Shown here piece after piece: positions 24,998 through 38,574 of a stretch of DNA of 64,000 nucleotides. The position numbers were made by a program, and so were the translations under genes. The notes below the pieces were generated by a model. It did no database searches. It saw nothing but the letters and a program-made list of their open reading frames with translations, and was not told where the DNA came from. Numbering within the stretch: position 1 is the first letter of the stretch; every line of letters starts with the position of its first letter. The stretch covers positions 53,940,001-54,004,000 of the forward strand of contig CM069140.1 of NCBI GenBank assembly GCA_035221665.1, in the 5' to 3' direction. This DNA is from Okamejei kenojei. Its lineage: Eukaryota.

Positions 24998-26402
24998 GGA
25001 CGGGTGGATTGAATAGTAAAGGAGAGAGAGGATTGTTTCCCTTTTAATATAGGAGCGATCCTTCTCTCACCAATAAAACTGAATAATACAATATACAGTA
25101 AAAATCCAATTATTCATAGTACTATTAGAATTTGGAAACAAATAAAATTAACCCTTAAATTAAGAAATCTATCGCTTCTCTCTCCCATAGTTAATAAACC
25201 GTCATTTAAACCATCCACTACACATTGGGAAAGAATAGGAATTAAAACGTTTGGAGACATGTATGAAAATGGAATTTTTTTTTTGATAATTCCAACAACT
25301 ACAACTTAAATACAATCTGAGAAGTAATCAATATTTTAAATATTTTCAAATTCGTGATTATTTGAAAAAATATACACAAGAATACCAAAATTTGACTGCA
25401 GACCTATTAGACGAAGCTATGAATAGAAAGGTGGACTCAATTAATTTAATATCATACTTGTATAATATCATCCTAAATATAGAAATACCATCATCCGATA
25501 GAATTAGAAGAGATTGGGAACAAGAACGACATAAAAATCTCGAAAGAGAGTTGGGATAAACACTTGCTATATGTGCATAAATGTTTGATTAATGTAAGAC
25601 ATATTCTAATCCAATTTAAAATCCTACACAGATTATATTATTCATAAACTAAAATAAGTAAAATCTTTCCAAATGTTTCCCCTATTTGTGATAAATGTCA
25701 ATCTCAAGAAGCAACTTTAACACATTCCTTTGTTTTTTGCATAAAAATCCAAAAAAATTGGAATTAAATCTTTGACATTTTTGCAAAATTATTTAAAATA
25801 AAATTGAAACCGAATGCAGAATTGATTATTTTTGGAACAATGGAAGTCGGTTCTAAGCTGACTTTGTTCCAAAAGAGTTTCCTTAATTATGGCATAATAA
25901 TGGCAAAGAACCTCATACTTAAATTCTGGAAAAACACTCCCACACCAACGATAAAAATGTGGATTTCAAATATGTCCGAAATATTACACCTCGAAGATAT
26001 GAGATTCATCCTAGCAGGCAAATCAGACCAATTCCAAAAGATTTGGTCTCCATTTATCGACTTATTACAAGCATAGGGCGCAACATAACTTTGAAAATAA
26101 ACGGTTTCAGGACCTGGCGAGGGGTGTTTAAAGATAAGAAGTAGGTACATTCCTTTTATCTTATCTTATTTTCTTGTATTTTATTTTTTTACATTTTTCC
26201 CTTTCTCTTTTTCGTGTTCTACGCCTCTACGGGTTCTTTCTTTTCACTCTCTCACGCACTTACTATTTTATCTAACTCTCTCCACTTTTCCTTTTCTTAA
26301 AGTTTAAAACAAGAAGTACATGAAATGTATTATGTTATTTTTGGCTTATACTTCTGTAATGTACATTACTTCTAATAAAAATAAATAAAATAAATAAATA
26401 AA
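24998..26402 (+). mobile_element. 5'-truncated L1-clade LINE (ORF2 C-terminus, 3' UTR, A-rich tail) with TSD
   Basis: Decayed frame QFKILHRLYY...SPICDKC...TLTHSFVFC (CCHC knuckle) and AKNLILKFWK; pyrimidine-rich 3' UTR; (AAAT)n tail; TAAATTACTTTGTTT (24983-24997) and TAAATAACTTTGTTT (26403-26417). Confidence 0.88.
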
Positions 26403-27249
26403 TAAATAACTTTGTTTATGTAAATTTGATTTTGTCCAATGCGAGCAAAGCAGTTTTTGCCTCAAAGTTTTTTTTCTATGTCCAAAAGTGAGGTATTTCT
26501 GCATGGATTCACAACATAGCTAACTGAGCCAATGAAACACATGGTATTGATTATGGAGATACTATTGAGGATTCAGAATCTTTTCTGCAACCTTTCATTC
26601 CTTTATCAGTATTTACCGTGTGTAAAATATTTTAAAATATTTTCACTCAGAAGATCTTGTGTGTAGCCAAAATCTTATGGTGTCTTAAAATGTCAGGATC
26701 AGAAAATGTAAAATGGTTTAATTTTAAGCACAAAGTGTTTTAATGAACTTTGATTGGTTGCGCTTTGTTGTAATAGAAATTAATCAGATCTTAAATTGCT
26801 CAGATTTTCTTAAATTAAAATACTTTGTGTTTGGGTAGGATATTTACCACAGAGCATATGCAGTACTGTATAATCAGTGTTGTTCTATTCACTCATCATA
26901 TTTTACTAATTTATCAAGACATTTAACGCTATTATCATTGTGTCTGATTAACTATTCATGGTAAATAATAAACGGGATCAATTTCCAAAAAAGGAGCAGC
27001 AACTGTGGGTCAGTAGAATGCAGGTACTGCATTAATTTAATTCTATATGCTAACCATGATGAGAAGAGACCAACACCATTAATCATACTGTTGACTGGTT
27101 GGAGGCTTCACCAGAGGACGTTAAAAGCTAGCCTGCTTTGCTTAAAGGGCAGCTAGGGTGTGGTAGTAATTCTGAACCAAAGGTGACTAGGATGCCAAGT
27201 GGTTCTTCGTTCAAACATTTTCACGGTTAGTGAACACAACGTCCAATGA

Positions 27250-28410
27250 CATAGAAACATAGAAAATAGGTGCAGGAGTAGGCCATTCGGCCCTTCCAGC
27301 CTGCACCGCCATTCAATATGATCATGGCTGATCATCCAACTCAGTATCCCGTACCTGCCTTCTCTCCATACCCCCTGGTCCCCTTAGCCACAAGGGCCAC
27401 ATCTAACTCCTTCTTAAATATAGCCAATGAACTGGCCTCAACTACCTTCTGTGGCAGAGAATTCCAGAGATTCACCACTCTCTGTGTGAAAAATGTTTTT
27501 CTCATCTCGGTCCTAAAAGACTTCCCCCTTATCCGTAAACTGTGACCCTTGTTCTGGACTTTCCCAACATCGGGAACAATCTTCCTGCATCTAGCCTGTC
27601 CAACCCCTTTTGTACGTTTCTATAAGATCCCCCCTCAATCTTCTAAATTCTAGCGAGTACATGCTGAGTCTATCCAGTTTTTCTTCATATGAAAGTCGTG
27701 CCATCCCAGGAATCAGTCTGGTGAACCTTCTCCATACTCCCTGTATGTCAAGAATGTCTTTCCTCAGATTAGGAGACAAAAACTGTACGCAATACTCCAG
27801 GTATGGTCTCACCAAGACCCTGTACAACTGCAGTAGAACCTCCCTGCTCCTATACTCAAATCCTTTTGCTATGAATGCTAACATACCATTCGCTTTCTTC
27901 ACAGCCTGCTGCACCTGCATGCCTACTTTCAATGACTGCTGTACCATGATACCCAGGTCTTGTTGCATCTCTCCTTTTCCTAATCGGCCACCATTCAAAT
28001 AATCTACTTTCCTGTTTTTGCCACCAAAGTGGATAACCTCACATTTATCCACATTATACTGCATCTGCCATGCATTTGCCCACTCACCCAACCTATCCAA
28101 GTCACCTTGCAGCCTCCTAGCATCCTCCTCACAGCTAACACTGCCCCCCAGCTTCGTGTCATCTGCAAACCTGGAGATGTTGCATTCAATTCGCTCGTCA
28201 AAATCATTAATATATAATGTAAATAACTGGGGTCCCAGCACCGAGCCTTGCGGTACCCCACTAGTCACTGCCTGCCATTCTGAAAAGGACCCGTTTACTC
28301 CTACTCTTTGATTCCTGTCTTCCAGCCAGTTCTCTATCCACATCAGTACTGAACCCCCAATACCGTGTACTTTAAGTTTGCATACTAATCTCTTATGTGG
28401 GACCTTATGT
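27250..28410 (-). mobile_element. Young 5'-truncated CR1/HER1-like LINE, (TTTCTATG)n-tail subfamily
   Basis: ORF 27591..28415 with GVPQGSVLGP, FADD and YRVLVRPYLEYCVQF; small deletions shift the frame; tail catagaaacatagaaa. Confidence 0.95.
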
Positions 28411-28644
28411 GACACTTCACACCAAATGCGCCATTTGCCTTAGACACTACTCAATTCAACAAATGTTATAATACATCTTTTAGTAAGTCTCTATCAGTCA
28501 GAACCCACATCTGTTGTATGTTTCATCTCCCCCTCAGACACTTAACATTGCTGCTTGCCTTATATCCACACCTCACAACTTTGAAAGAGTTAGAGTTTTG
28601 CAGTGGCATGGCAAAGATGATGGCTGTTAACTCGCTAGTTATTC

Positions 28645-28955
28645 TTAGTTTAGAATTTGGAGATATAGCATGGAAACAGGCCCTTCAGCCCATTGATCAC
28701 TCATTCACACTAGCTCTATGATATTGCACTTACTCATCCAGGCCTTACATATTAGAGGTAATTTTACAGTGGCCAATTAACCTGCAAACCAGCATGTCTT
28801 TGGGCTGTGGGAGAAAACTGGAGCACCAGGAAAAAATCTATGGGGTCCCAGGGAGAACATACAAACTCCACACAGACAACACCCGAGATTAAGATGGAAC
28901 CTGGGTCTCCAGCACTGTGAGGGAACAGTTCTATCAGCTGCATCACAGTGCTGCC
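28645..28955 (-). mobile_element. HE1-like V-SINE
   Basis: Same consensus as 1154-1467. Confidence 0.8.
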
Positions 28956-28984
28956 TTGTTCTTCTCACATGATGATTTACTCTA

Positions 28985-29391
28985 AAGAGGCTGTCCCACT
29001 GCGGTGACCTAATCTGTGAGTTTAAAAGAGTTTGCCCTCGACTCAAACTCGCAGCATGGTCGACACGTGGTCCTAGGAGGTCCTATGAGGTCACTGGAAC
29101 TCTCCTTTATGCTCAAGGGAAGTTCCCGCATACTCGCTGCCTCAGTTTGGTCGAGGAAACATTTTCAGCATTGTGCTGAAGGTCCGAAGGAAACATTTTC
29201 AGCATTGTGCTGAAGGTCTTTTACCTTCCTCTTCATCGCGGGTGTGAATTTCAGGCAGTGTTCCCCCGCTTCCCCTGACCCCTGCCTTTGCGATGTGTTT
29301 GTGTGTGTGCGGTCGGTCGATCCGGCTCGCGGTTTCGTCGATGACGGTCGATCCAGCTCGCTGTAAATTCGAGTCAGTGGGATAGGCCCTT
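28985..29391. mobile_element. Non-autonomous DNA transposon (MITE) with about 16-bp terminal inverted repeats
   Basis: TA|AAGAGGCTGTCCCACT ... AGTGGGATAGGCCCTT|TA; CpG-rich interior; superfamily uncertain (Harbinger- or Kolobok-like). Confidence 0.75.
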
Positions 29392-31086
29392 TACTTCACA
29401 ATCTCTTTCAATTATAAATGACAGATAGTGTTTGCCTACACCTCGTACTTCCTTCCTCCCTACCCAATTTCAACACCTTTGAGCTTTATTTCACTTCAGA
29501 AATCAAAGAATTGCTCAGTAGAGGTACCAGAAGAAACCCGCCAACTAACATGGAATTATTGGACAATCTCTTTAAATAGCCTTCTGGTGAATTGGGAAGT
29601 ATTCTTACTGCTAAGCATATGTTTGGCTCTAAAGGCTTAACATAATGTATCAGCTATAATGCTCGCACTTGTGTCAAATTAGCTTTCTGCAATCAAAAAC
29701 ATCACAAGCATACCTGCTTCCATATCTCCGGTGGAATTGAGTGCATATATGCTAACTTACTCTTACAAATGTGGTACTCTGAGCAACTTGCCATAAGCAG
29801 ATATCATTTTGATATCCAAACAATGGGTGGCACAATACCAAATTCCATGCTGCATCTTAAAGAAGTGGCTTCTCAATTGGAACATTCACCTATGTGTTTA
29901 TTATTGTAATATCTGTGTTTAAAAATGATGTGAGTACCATATCTTACAGTTTATCTATCTCACTGTCATGCAAATTCAACGAAAAGTAAAAATTGCAGAT
30001 TTATATCAAATTTATCTGATTGTGTTGGAAGACCAATCAACACGTAAGGCATTTACAGTTGGCTCAAGGAGTTACCTTTGCTAAAATCTATTAAAAACAG
30101 TAAATTTTCTTTAATTGTCCAAAGGAACTGCTAAAATGAACTAACTCCGAAATAACCTTACACGTCAAAGTTATTGCAGTTAGTTTGTAGCGATATCCCA
30201 TGGCCTACTGTTTTTGACTGAATAGCTCCTCAAACCTATTTGCCACAGGTTGTCTGTATAATTATATATCACCCTTTACCATAATATTCAATTGTTTGTA
30301 TATAATGTCATGCCCAATTTTAAAGAGCAATATATTGACTCAAAGTTCTAGCTTCTAGAAAGCCCTATATGTTGTTGAATGTCACAACCGATAGATATCT
30401 TGAGTATGTGCAATATTGTAGAAAGTAACATGAGATTTGTGTACTGAAGAAATACACTCACCATTGGTCATGATGCCTCTCTTATTCCAAAGAGCAAAGG
30501 GCATACTACAGCACCACTAGAGCACAGTGTTACAATGAACTGCACACTGTATAATCAACTCACAGCAGTAGCAAAATGCAAGCAATAAACCTTTGCCTCC
30601 AACAGAATATATTTGAAAGCATGACCATTCAAGGTCATGCTGAATGATCAAAGGTGAACGTTACTATTTAAGTATGCTTTGGCATGGAGGCATTTTAGCT
30701 GAATGTAAGAACCATAAATTCCTCTGATCTCAGGACTAGCTTAGATTATTTAGATGAAATTTATGTATTTTATTTAAATTGGAGGCACAAAAATAACAGT
30801 TTCAACTTTTGCAATTGGAGAATCTAAAAGGATAGTTAATAATCCTACTATTAAAAAAAAATTCCTATGTAACATCAAGACTGATTATGTTATATTAAAA
30901 AGTGCAAACTTTTCAGCCACCAATGTATCATGCTGTCACGTACAATATAAGAAACTTTGTATTAAAAGAAAAATCTGTTTAGTTCGTAGATCACTCATAA
31001 ATGTTCTACTGCCTTGTTCACCTTCAGTGGTCTGTTTCCTTCTTGTCTTTGATAAAAGTATTTCAGATTCCCAGTATCCGCAGACG

Positions 31087-31222
31087 TAGAGACACAAGAA
31101 ACTGCACATGTGGAATCTTGAGTAAAAAATAAACTGCTGGAAAAATTCATTTGGTCAGGCAGCATCTATGGTGAGAAATAGGATAGAATGTGTTTTGGGT
31201 TGGGACCTTTCTTTAGACTAAG
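31087..31222 (-). mobile_element. Diverged Penelope-derived hammerhead unit
   Basis: gacacaagaaactgca...ggtcaggcagcatctatgg...ttttgggttgggacctttctttagact. Confidence 0.75.
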
Positions 31223-31734
31223 AAAAAGGAGAAGAAGAAGAAGGATCCCACACATCTGCACTGAAGATAAGCAGTTGTTTTCTTACTTTGGAGGGTAATT
31301 GTGACCCTAGCAGAAGCAGGTTGAGTGTCCTCAAAAATAATATCTTGGGGAGTAAATCATCAGCAAAGTTGACAGTGTTATGTAGTCAGAGTGGACAGAA
31401 ATCTTTTTTATCAGGTTTGTCATCCATGTTCCCACATTAAGCCATATCAACTGGATATTCTATTCTACACTGTCGCTCAATGTCAACCTCAAAAGAGATG
31501 TGTAGGATAGTCAAGTGAGATTGCTTGAACTCAGTACACAACTGTTTATATAATATTTCAGCAGTTCCTTGTGTCTCTATTTGTATAACACCTTGTAACA
31601 CGATAAAGTGGTTCTGGGTGTATTCCTTGGAATGTAGAGTTGGCTTCAAATACTTATTTTGTTTTCTTAATTTATAGTGGAGTAAAACCTTTGCCTGTTT
31701 AATTAATTTTGTTCTGACAGAATTTAGCATCATC

Positions 31735-33856
31735 AAGAACTCCGTAGGATTTAAGATAGTTATGAATCAGGATAGGTCTGGACCTCGGGGGGATGTACAA
31801 CATTGGGGAATCACAGTATTGAGGCTGGAGCTAGAGAGAGTAAATTGGCAGCAGCTGTTATTGGGTAAGTCCACATCTGACGTGTGGGAGTAATTTAAAG
31901 GCCGGCTGATCAGAGTTCAGGACCAGCATGTTCCAGTGAGGAAATGGGTCAAGGATGGCAAGGTAAGTGAACCTTGGATGATGAGAGAGGTTATAGCTTT
32001 GGTTAAAGAGAAAAAGGAAACATATGCAAAGATTAGGAAGATGACATCAGTCAGGGCCTTTGAGGAATATAAAGAAAGCAGGAAATAACTCAAGCAGGGA
32101 ATTAGATGGGCCAAAAAGGAGATGAAAAGAGACATTGGCAGATAGGATTGAAGAGAACCCCAAAGCACTTTATTCATTAAAAAACAAAAGAGTAACTAGA
32201 TGGAGGGTAGGTCCACTCAAGAATAAAAGTGGGAATTTATGCTTGAAGTCAGAAAATGTAGACAAGGTACTGCATGAGCAATTTGAATTGGTATTCGCCA
32301 AGGATAAGGAGATGAAGGAAGAGAAATCAGTGTGGCGTATACGAATATGCAAGGGCATTTTGAGATCAAGAAGGCGGTTGTGTTAAGTCTCTCAAAGAGC
32401 ATTAAACTGGATAGGTCCACAATGCCTGTTGGGCTCTATGCCAGGTTTTTTTAGAGAGACCTGAAATGGGATTGCCAGAGCCTTGAGGAAGATTTGTGTA
32501 GGTTCTGGAGAGTGGCCAGAATGTTGATGCTTTGTTTAAGAAGGGAAGTAGAAATAATCCATGGAATTATAGGCAGGGGAACTTCATGTCACTGGTAGGG
32601 GACGTATGGGAGAGGATTCTTCGGGATAGAATTGACTCACATTTGGAAGTGAATAGTATAATTAGGGGCAGTCAATATGGCTTTGACTGTGCCAGGTCAT
32701 ATCTTACTAACGATTGAATTTTTTTGGGAAGGTCACAAATGTGAATGATGAGGGTAGGGCAGTGGATGTTGGCTACGTGGATTTTAGGAAGCTTTGACAA
32801 TGCCCCTCCTGGTAGGCTGATCCAGCAGATTAGGATGCATGGGATCCATGGTGACTTGGTAGGAAGGAATTAAATTGATGATAGACACAAAATGCTGGAG
32901 TAACTCAGCGGGACAGGCAGCATATCTGGAGAGAAGGAATGGGTGATGTTTCGGGTCGAGACCCTTCTTCAGAGTTTGGATTCAGAACTGTCTCACTAGA
33001 GAAAACAGAATAGTGATAGAAAAGTGATATTCTGACAGCTTCTGTTACCAGTGGTGTTTTGAAGGGGTCAGTGCTGGGACCTCTGATGTCTGTGCTCCAT
33101 TTAAATGACGGATGTAAATGTAAATGGGATATTTTGTAACTTTGCAGAAGACACACAAAAAGTGGAGTTGCGGACAATAAAAAAGGCTGTCAAAAGATAG
33201 AGCAGGTTATAGGTCAGTTACAGCTCCCTGATAGCAGCAGTACAAGTAGACAAAGTGGTAAAGAAGTAGTATAATATGATTGAGTATGAAAATCAGGAAG
33301 TCATGTTGCAGCTTTATAAAACTTTGGTTAGGCTACATTTGGAGTGTTGTGTGCAGTTCCAGTTGCCCCATTAAAGGAAGGATATGGAGTCTTTAAAGAG
33401 GGTGCAGCAGAGGTTAACCAGGACGCAGCCTCGATCAGCAGGTATTACTTTAAGGAGATGTTGGACAAACATGCATTGTTTTCTCTGGAGCATCGGGAAC
33501 TATGGGGAGATCTGATAAAAGTTTGTAAAATTATGATAGGCACAGGTAGGGTAGATCCGTATATCCAGGGTGGAAATGTCCAATACCAGAGAGCACTTCT
33601 TTAAGGTCAGATGGAGAAAGTTAAAAGGAGATATGTTGGGCAAGTTTTTTACATGGTGAGGTGGGTGCCTGGAAAGTGGTGGAGGAAGCAGATAGTGGCA
33701 CTTAGGAGGAGGCTTTTCAATAGACATATGATTGTGAAGGGATAAGAAAATTTGGGATTATGTGCAGGCAGAAGGGATTTGTTTGCCAAATGTCATCACA
33801 TGCAGACATTGTAGGCTGAAGCGACTGTTCCTGTGCTGTGTCCTTCCATGTTCTAC
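31735..33856 (+). mobile_element. Older CR1 LINE with many stops and frameshifts
   Basis: Fragments LFKKGSRNNPWNYR, SQYGF...SYLTN and GVLKGSVLGPL; CR1 3' end near 33850. Confidence 0.9.
32862..32972 (-). mobile_element. Penelope-derived hammerhead unit inserted into the CR1 RT region
   Basis: Reverse complement CTGAAGAAGGGTCTCGACCCGAAACATC...; CR1 sequence reads through (ggtgacttggtag|tttggattcagaac) once it is removed. Confidence 0.88.
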
Positions 33857-34389
33857 ATTTGTTGTATTTTCAAATGGTTTATTTAGCATAACATAAATGG
33901 ATTCATAAGGTTACTCTTATGATATGACTTATAATATTACAACAAATGATAAAAGTACAATGAAACCATATGTAGCAGAAAAGAACCGTTCTCTGATTGA
34001 CTGAGAAACAAGATAGCTTCTTCAATATAAACTTGGATCAGGGACCTACATTATGATAATTTCAAACTGTCATGATGCTAATCAAGGAGATTAGTTTCTA
34101 CCCATCCTGTGGACCAGTATATGTAATACTCATGAATGAATGATGTTCTCACCAGATTAGCATAGGAGTCTTGATCTGTAATCGGCAACAACAAGCTATT
34201 ATCAAACAAAGCTTGAGAATGATGCACATTAGGATAGATGGTTTAAAAACCTGCTTGAAGAGTTTGCTTTTAAGGAATATCGTATAGAGAGGAAGCATCA
34301 TTCCCTTTGCTTCCCACAATGTTGCCTTAACTCTTTTTTTCCTCTGTTGTTTGTCACCTCAGCTAGACAGTCAGCCACTTACTGATTAA

Positions 34390-34830
34390 AACACAGAAGG
34401 AGCCCTTTTAGCCTAGCAGGTTGATGCCAGTACCCAGCAAAGCAAATATCATCAGTACTTTTCACCTCTACTTATTTCCCTGTAAACCTTCAATTTATTC
34501 TTTCCCAAATGATATTCCCTTTTGATTTTTGTTTGCCAGTTACTTACACTAAAGTGTGATTTATATCAGCCAGCTAAGCTACTAGCATATCTTTGAAAGG
34601 TGGGAGGAAATCTGGACACCCAATACATTTGACGGGTGAACATGCAAACTCCACATGGACAGCACCCAAGGCCAGCATTGAGCCCAGATCCTTGAGGCTG
34701 TGAGGCAGTAGATGGGACTAGGGGAAAACAAATGGTCGGCACGGACTGGAAGGGCCGAGAGGGCCTGTTTCCGTGCTGTAATTGTTATATGGTTATATGG
34801 TTATGTTATAACTGTTGCTCCAGCATGCAA
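34390..34830 (-). mobile_element. Old V-SINE interrupted by a plus-strand CR1 3' tip (34708-34810, (TATATGGT)n-tail subfamily)
   Basis: SINE core ggtgggaggaaatctgga...catgcaaactccaca; the insert matches the reverse complement of 49170-49270. Confidence 0.75.
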
Positions 34831-35419
34831 CCCCTTTGCTGTGTCTCACACGCTTAACAATAAACATGAAGTTTCTTTCTTTGGGAAGTTCAGGGACAAA
34901 CAATATCATATTTTCTAGTCATGTTATTGATTATAAACTCTGAAATTAGAATTTGTTCCAATCCAACTCTTGACGACTTGACTTGAATTATGATTTTCAA
35001 TAGTACATATATAAATTGCTAGATTATTTCTGTATCCACCTCTGTACTATGGAGATGTAGTGTGGTGATAACAGCTATTATGAAATATATTGACCAATGG
35101 CCACCAGCATAATAAATCTGTGTATAATTCAACTTCCATTGATTTTATGTGGCAAATAGAGATGCATGAATTGGATGCTTACACTGTATCCTTAACAACA
35201 ATTTCTTCTTGACTGAAATAGGTCATGTTCATAGTTAAATAAAGATACAATTTGGTTAATGTTATTGCTGTTGTTCTTGCTTAATTTCCATTCCCAAGGG
35301 AATGCCACGTTATTCTTTGCGTTACCAAAATTTGGGCCACGTGATTATTTGCCAATATCCGCCAGGGGGCCTTTTCCACTATGGTAGATAATGAAGGTTC
35401 CAGGTTTATAAATAATAAC

Positions 35420-35570
35420 AAATACCAAGGGAGCAGTTTAAAGGCAGTAATCTAATCCCGGATATTTGGATAACAGTCACAAACCTCTCGAGCTTCACTC
35501 ACATAGCTGATGACATCATCAAAACCTCACGATTAGATTACTGCCATTTATAATCACTCCTCTTTGCCCA
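35420..35570. repeat. Old palindromic (hairpin) element
   Basis: Perfect 15-bp inverted repeat GGCAGTAATCTAATC (35443-35457) and GATTAGATTACTGCC (35531-35545), with degenerate extension on both sides. Confidence 0.75.
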
Positions 35571-36189
35571 TTATTCCCTGAATATTGTGATAATTTAAAA
35601 ATGATAATGGCATCAAAAAACATGCATTGCGTAACCTCCTGAAGATTAATGCAGCCAGCAGATATTAGCTGTGAATCCTCACATGACATGACTGCATGCT
35701 CCGGTTACAGTTACCAGTTTGATCTCTCTGCCAACCACTACTTAAGGAGGGGAAAAAAACCCAAAGTTGTTATTTGTGCTCTTAGCTTGATTCAATTATG
35801 GCAAATATTTGTATGGTCAGGTTACTATACCACACTCCCATTATAACAGGACAAGGTAAAAATTATGAAGAAAAATGTGAATGTTGGCTCCAGTCGGGTG
35901 CTGATAACAATCACTGATGAGGGGATAAATTGTTTCTGAGGTATTTGATTACAATATGATGCACCCATTTACTTATCTCTTCATCTCTGGTCAGCCGCAT
36001 TGCATATCATGCAGGAAGACAGATGCCTTATTCAGGGTCTGTGAGTAGTTTATATCAATTTATTTTCTGGCTACATAATTCTTCTCAGAATCCTAAATGT
36101 TTGCAAACAGGATCAAATATTATTGGAAATGATAACATTTAAAAAAAAATCATGATTCTTTGTAATATTATATTCAAAACCAAGCCAAC

Positions 36190-37420
36190 AAGACAAAAAA
36201 GGATGTAAAGTTCTGGAGTAACTCAACAGGTCAGGCAGCATCTTTGCAAAACATGGATAGGCATCGTTTTGCGTCTGGACCCTTCCACAGTTTATGCAAT
36301 ACCAGAAAAGTGATTTTTAAAGGGTTTTTTTAATTACAAAATGAAAGAGATGACAGATGTTGGATTATGCAATGAGCAACAGGATTCAGGAAGAATTCAA
36401 CGCCTCTTTGGAGGCTGTGTTATCTGACTTTTCGGTTCAAGGTCTATGAGAGAGAAAATTAAATATTGCCAGTATACAGCAGTACACGGAGGGTGAGTTG
36501 TGAATGAGGTTGGTAGGTGATAGGATGGGAAAGTGATGATGGGAAGATGGAACAAGTGGCTTTGGGGGATGGCTGAGGTGAACAAAAGAAGAGGAAAACT
36601 AAGTAGATGAGTGAGTGGGAGGAGAGCACCAGGGGAATGGGTTACCTGAAATTTGTAAACTCAATGTTCATACTATTGGGTTGTAGGTTATCCCAAGTGG
36701 AATTTGAGACGTTTTACTTCCAATTTGCATTTGGCCTCACTGCAGCAATGGAGAGGTCTGAAAACAGATAAGTCAGCCTGGAAATGGGAAGAAGAGTGAC
36801 ATGCAACTGGAACCATGAGATAGCCATTGTGGACAGAGCGCAGTGCTCCACAAAGTAATTGCCAAGTCTACATTGAGTATCACCAACGTAGAACAGGCCA
36901 CATCGCGAAACCCGAATGAAGGTTGGAAGAGGTGCAGGTAAACCATTGCCTCACCTGGAAGGTCATTTTAGGATGTTGGATGGTGATGATGGAGAAGATG
37001 TGGGGACAGGTGTTACACCTTCTATGCTTGCAGGGGACAGTGCCAGGAGATGGGGTGGGGTTCGTGGGACGGGAGTGAGGGAAGAGTGGACTTGGAAGTC
37101 ATGAAATCATGGAAAGTAGAAAGGGCTAGTGGTGTTTTCGCGTTGGTACTGTTAAAAACAAATGCAGGATGAAGGGTTGGATGCGAATGCTCATGGATGA
37201 AGGGTAAAAACCAAGGAAACTCTAGAGATGTTAAGACTGGGGAGTGGGTGGTGAGATCGAATGGGCACCTATCATCCACTCACCTCTATCCCTTTCCCCC
37301 TCCAACCCATTTTACAGCTATATACTGACAATCTTTCATTTCTCAGTCCTGACTTACATCTTCTGCCTCTACCGATGCTGCTTGACTCACTGAATTCTTT
37401 CTGATTTTTTGTTCTTGCAA
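36190..37420 (-). mobile_element. Decayed Penelope-like retroelement (GIY-YIG region) with an inverted tail unit at 37265-37420
   Basis: 36640-37050 is the reverse complement of a diverged copy of 55740-56150 (GTVPCKHRRCNTC, YVGDT, GITYNP..MNIEF); hammerhead-type tail at 36200-36290. Confidence 0.8.
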
Positions 37421-37499
37421 ATTGGGTTGAAATTGGGCACTATTTGTGACCTGAGAGTTTCAACTTTATTTCTGACAGGTATTAAAAATGTTGCCATAA

Positions 37500-38560
37500 T
37501 TCAACGAGTGCTTGGTGCCAGAACTCTATGAGAAATGTTTCCTGATTTCAAGACCTCAACACCAACCATTTGCTTCCAGACGTCTGTGCATTTGCCTGTG
37601 TTCCCTTTGGAAGAGAACAAAATTAGTGATGAGCAGAGGCCACTGGAGGACCAAGAGAAGTAGGAGGGTTAGAATCATTTTCAGTGGACTCCATATTTTC
37701 TGAGGGGGACTGGAAGAATCAGACCATCAATGAGGAACCATGTAAACATCAACATTTCATTAAGCTAGTTCTTCCTGAAATATACCACCTGCAAATTAAA
37801 AACATGGCAAAACCCCCGTTGCTTAAATTTAAAAAGGTGTGTACAATATATCCAAATCTTATATTTCATCATACACTGTTGCCAAGGACACTCACTGAGA
37901 TTCTTTGTTCAAAGAGATCTCACAATATCTCATTCTCTTGTCAGTGGCCAGTTTTGCAAGATTTGCAGGCTACTCTTAGAGCAGTGTACAATTGATTACT
38001 CACAAAATGTTTAAATGAGCAGCATATGTTAAGTTTGTCTTCTGCAGTAACTTGCTCCCTTGGGGTCCAGCTAATGTGTGACTAAAGGCAGGTAATCATG
38101 TGTTGAAGACTGCATTCTATGGTGGTCTTCTATACAAATTGTATTTCAGCCACCATAGTAAACCAATAGATGACACATCAAAGCTATCCGCTGATAACAT
38201 GACTGTTGACTGCTGGCCATCCCTGCATTGCTCACCATATGTAAACATGGTGCCACTGGAAATATGATAAAGCATACCATCAGCATATGGGAACTTTAGC
38301 ACTGATGGCTGGACCACTCAGACAGAGAGGCCTGTAAAACTTAGGAGAACAGGTATCAAAATCTGTGGTGGTCTGCTGAATGGCGCAACCTCATTGAAGG
38401 CACTGCAACAACTAGCAGATTTGGACTTGCAACCAAGGAACAGATACACGAGGAGGAAAGGAGGAGGTGACGACATCAACTCTACAAGAAGAATTCATCT
38501 GAAAGTAAATGCTGTTGCTTAATTGGTGGAAGGTTGTTGACTTTGTTTATAGACTGTTGC
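37500..38560 (+). pseudogene. PIF/Harbinger DDE transposase fossil
   Basis: Collinear frameshifted motifs EEPC..HFIKLVLPEIYHL; FARFAGYS/EQCTIDYSQ (like FxxIAGFPxVQGAIDCTH); CSLGVQLMCD (like HSLNVQLVCD); LDHS; VSKSVVVC*MxxNL (like VSKIVVVCCMLHNL); acidic tail. Confidence 0.7.
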
Positions 38561-38574
38561 AATTGCGTTTGGAA

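Noticed and set aside
27610-28311. Plus-strand ORFs recurring at 39521, 43798 and 50665 (and minus-strand 63043)
   Set aside because: Antisense shadows of CR1 ORF2; they recur only because the repeat recurs
30618-30641. 9-bp hairpin AGCATGACC/GGTCATGCT
   Set aside because: Short enough to arise by chance in 64 kb
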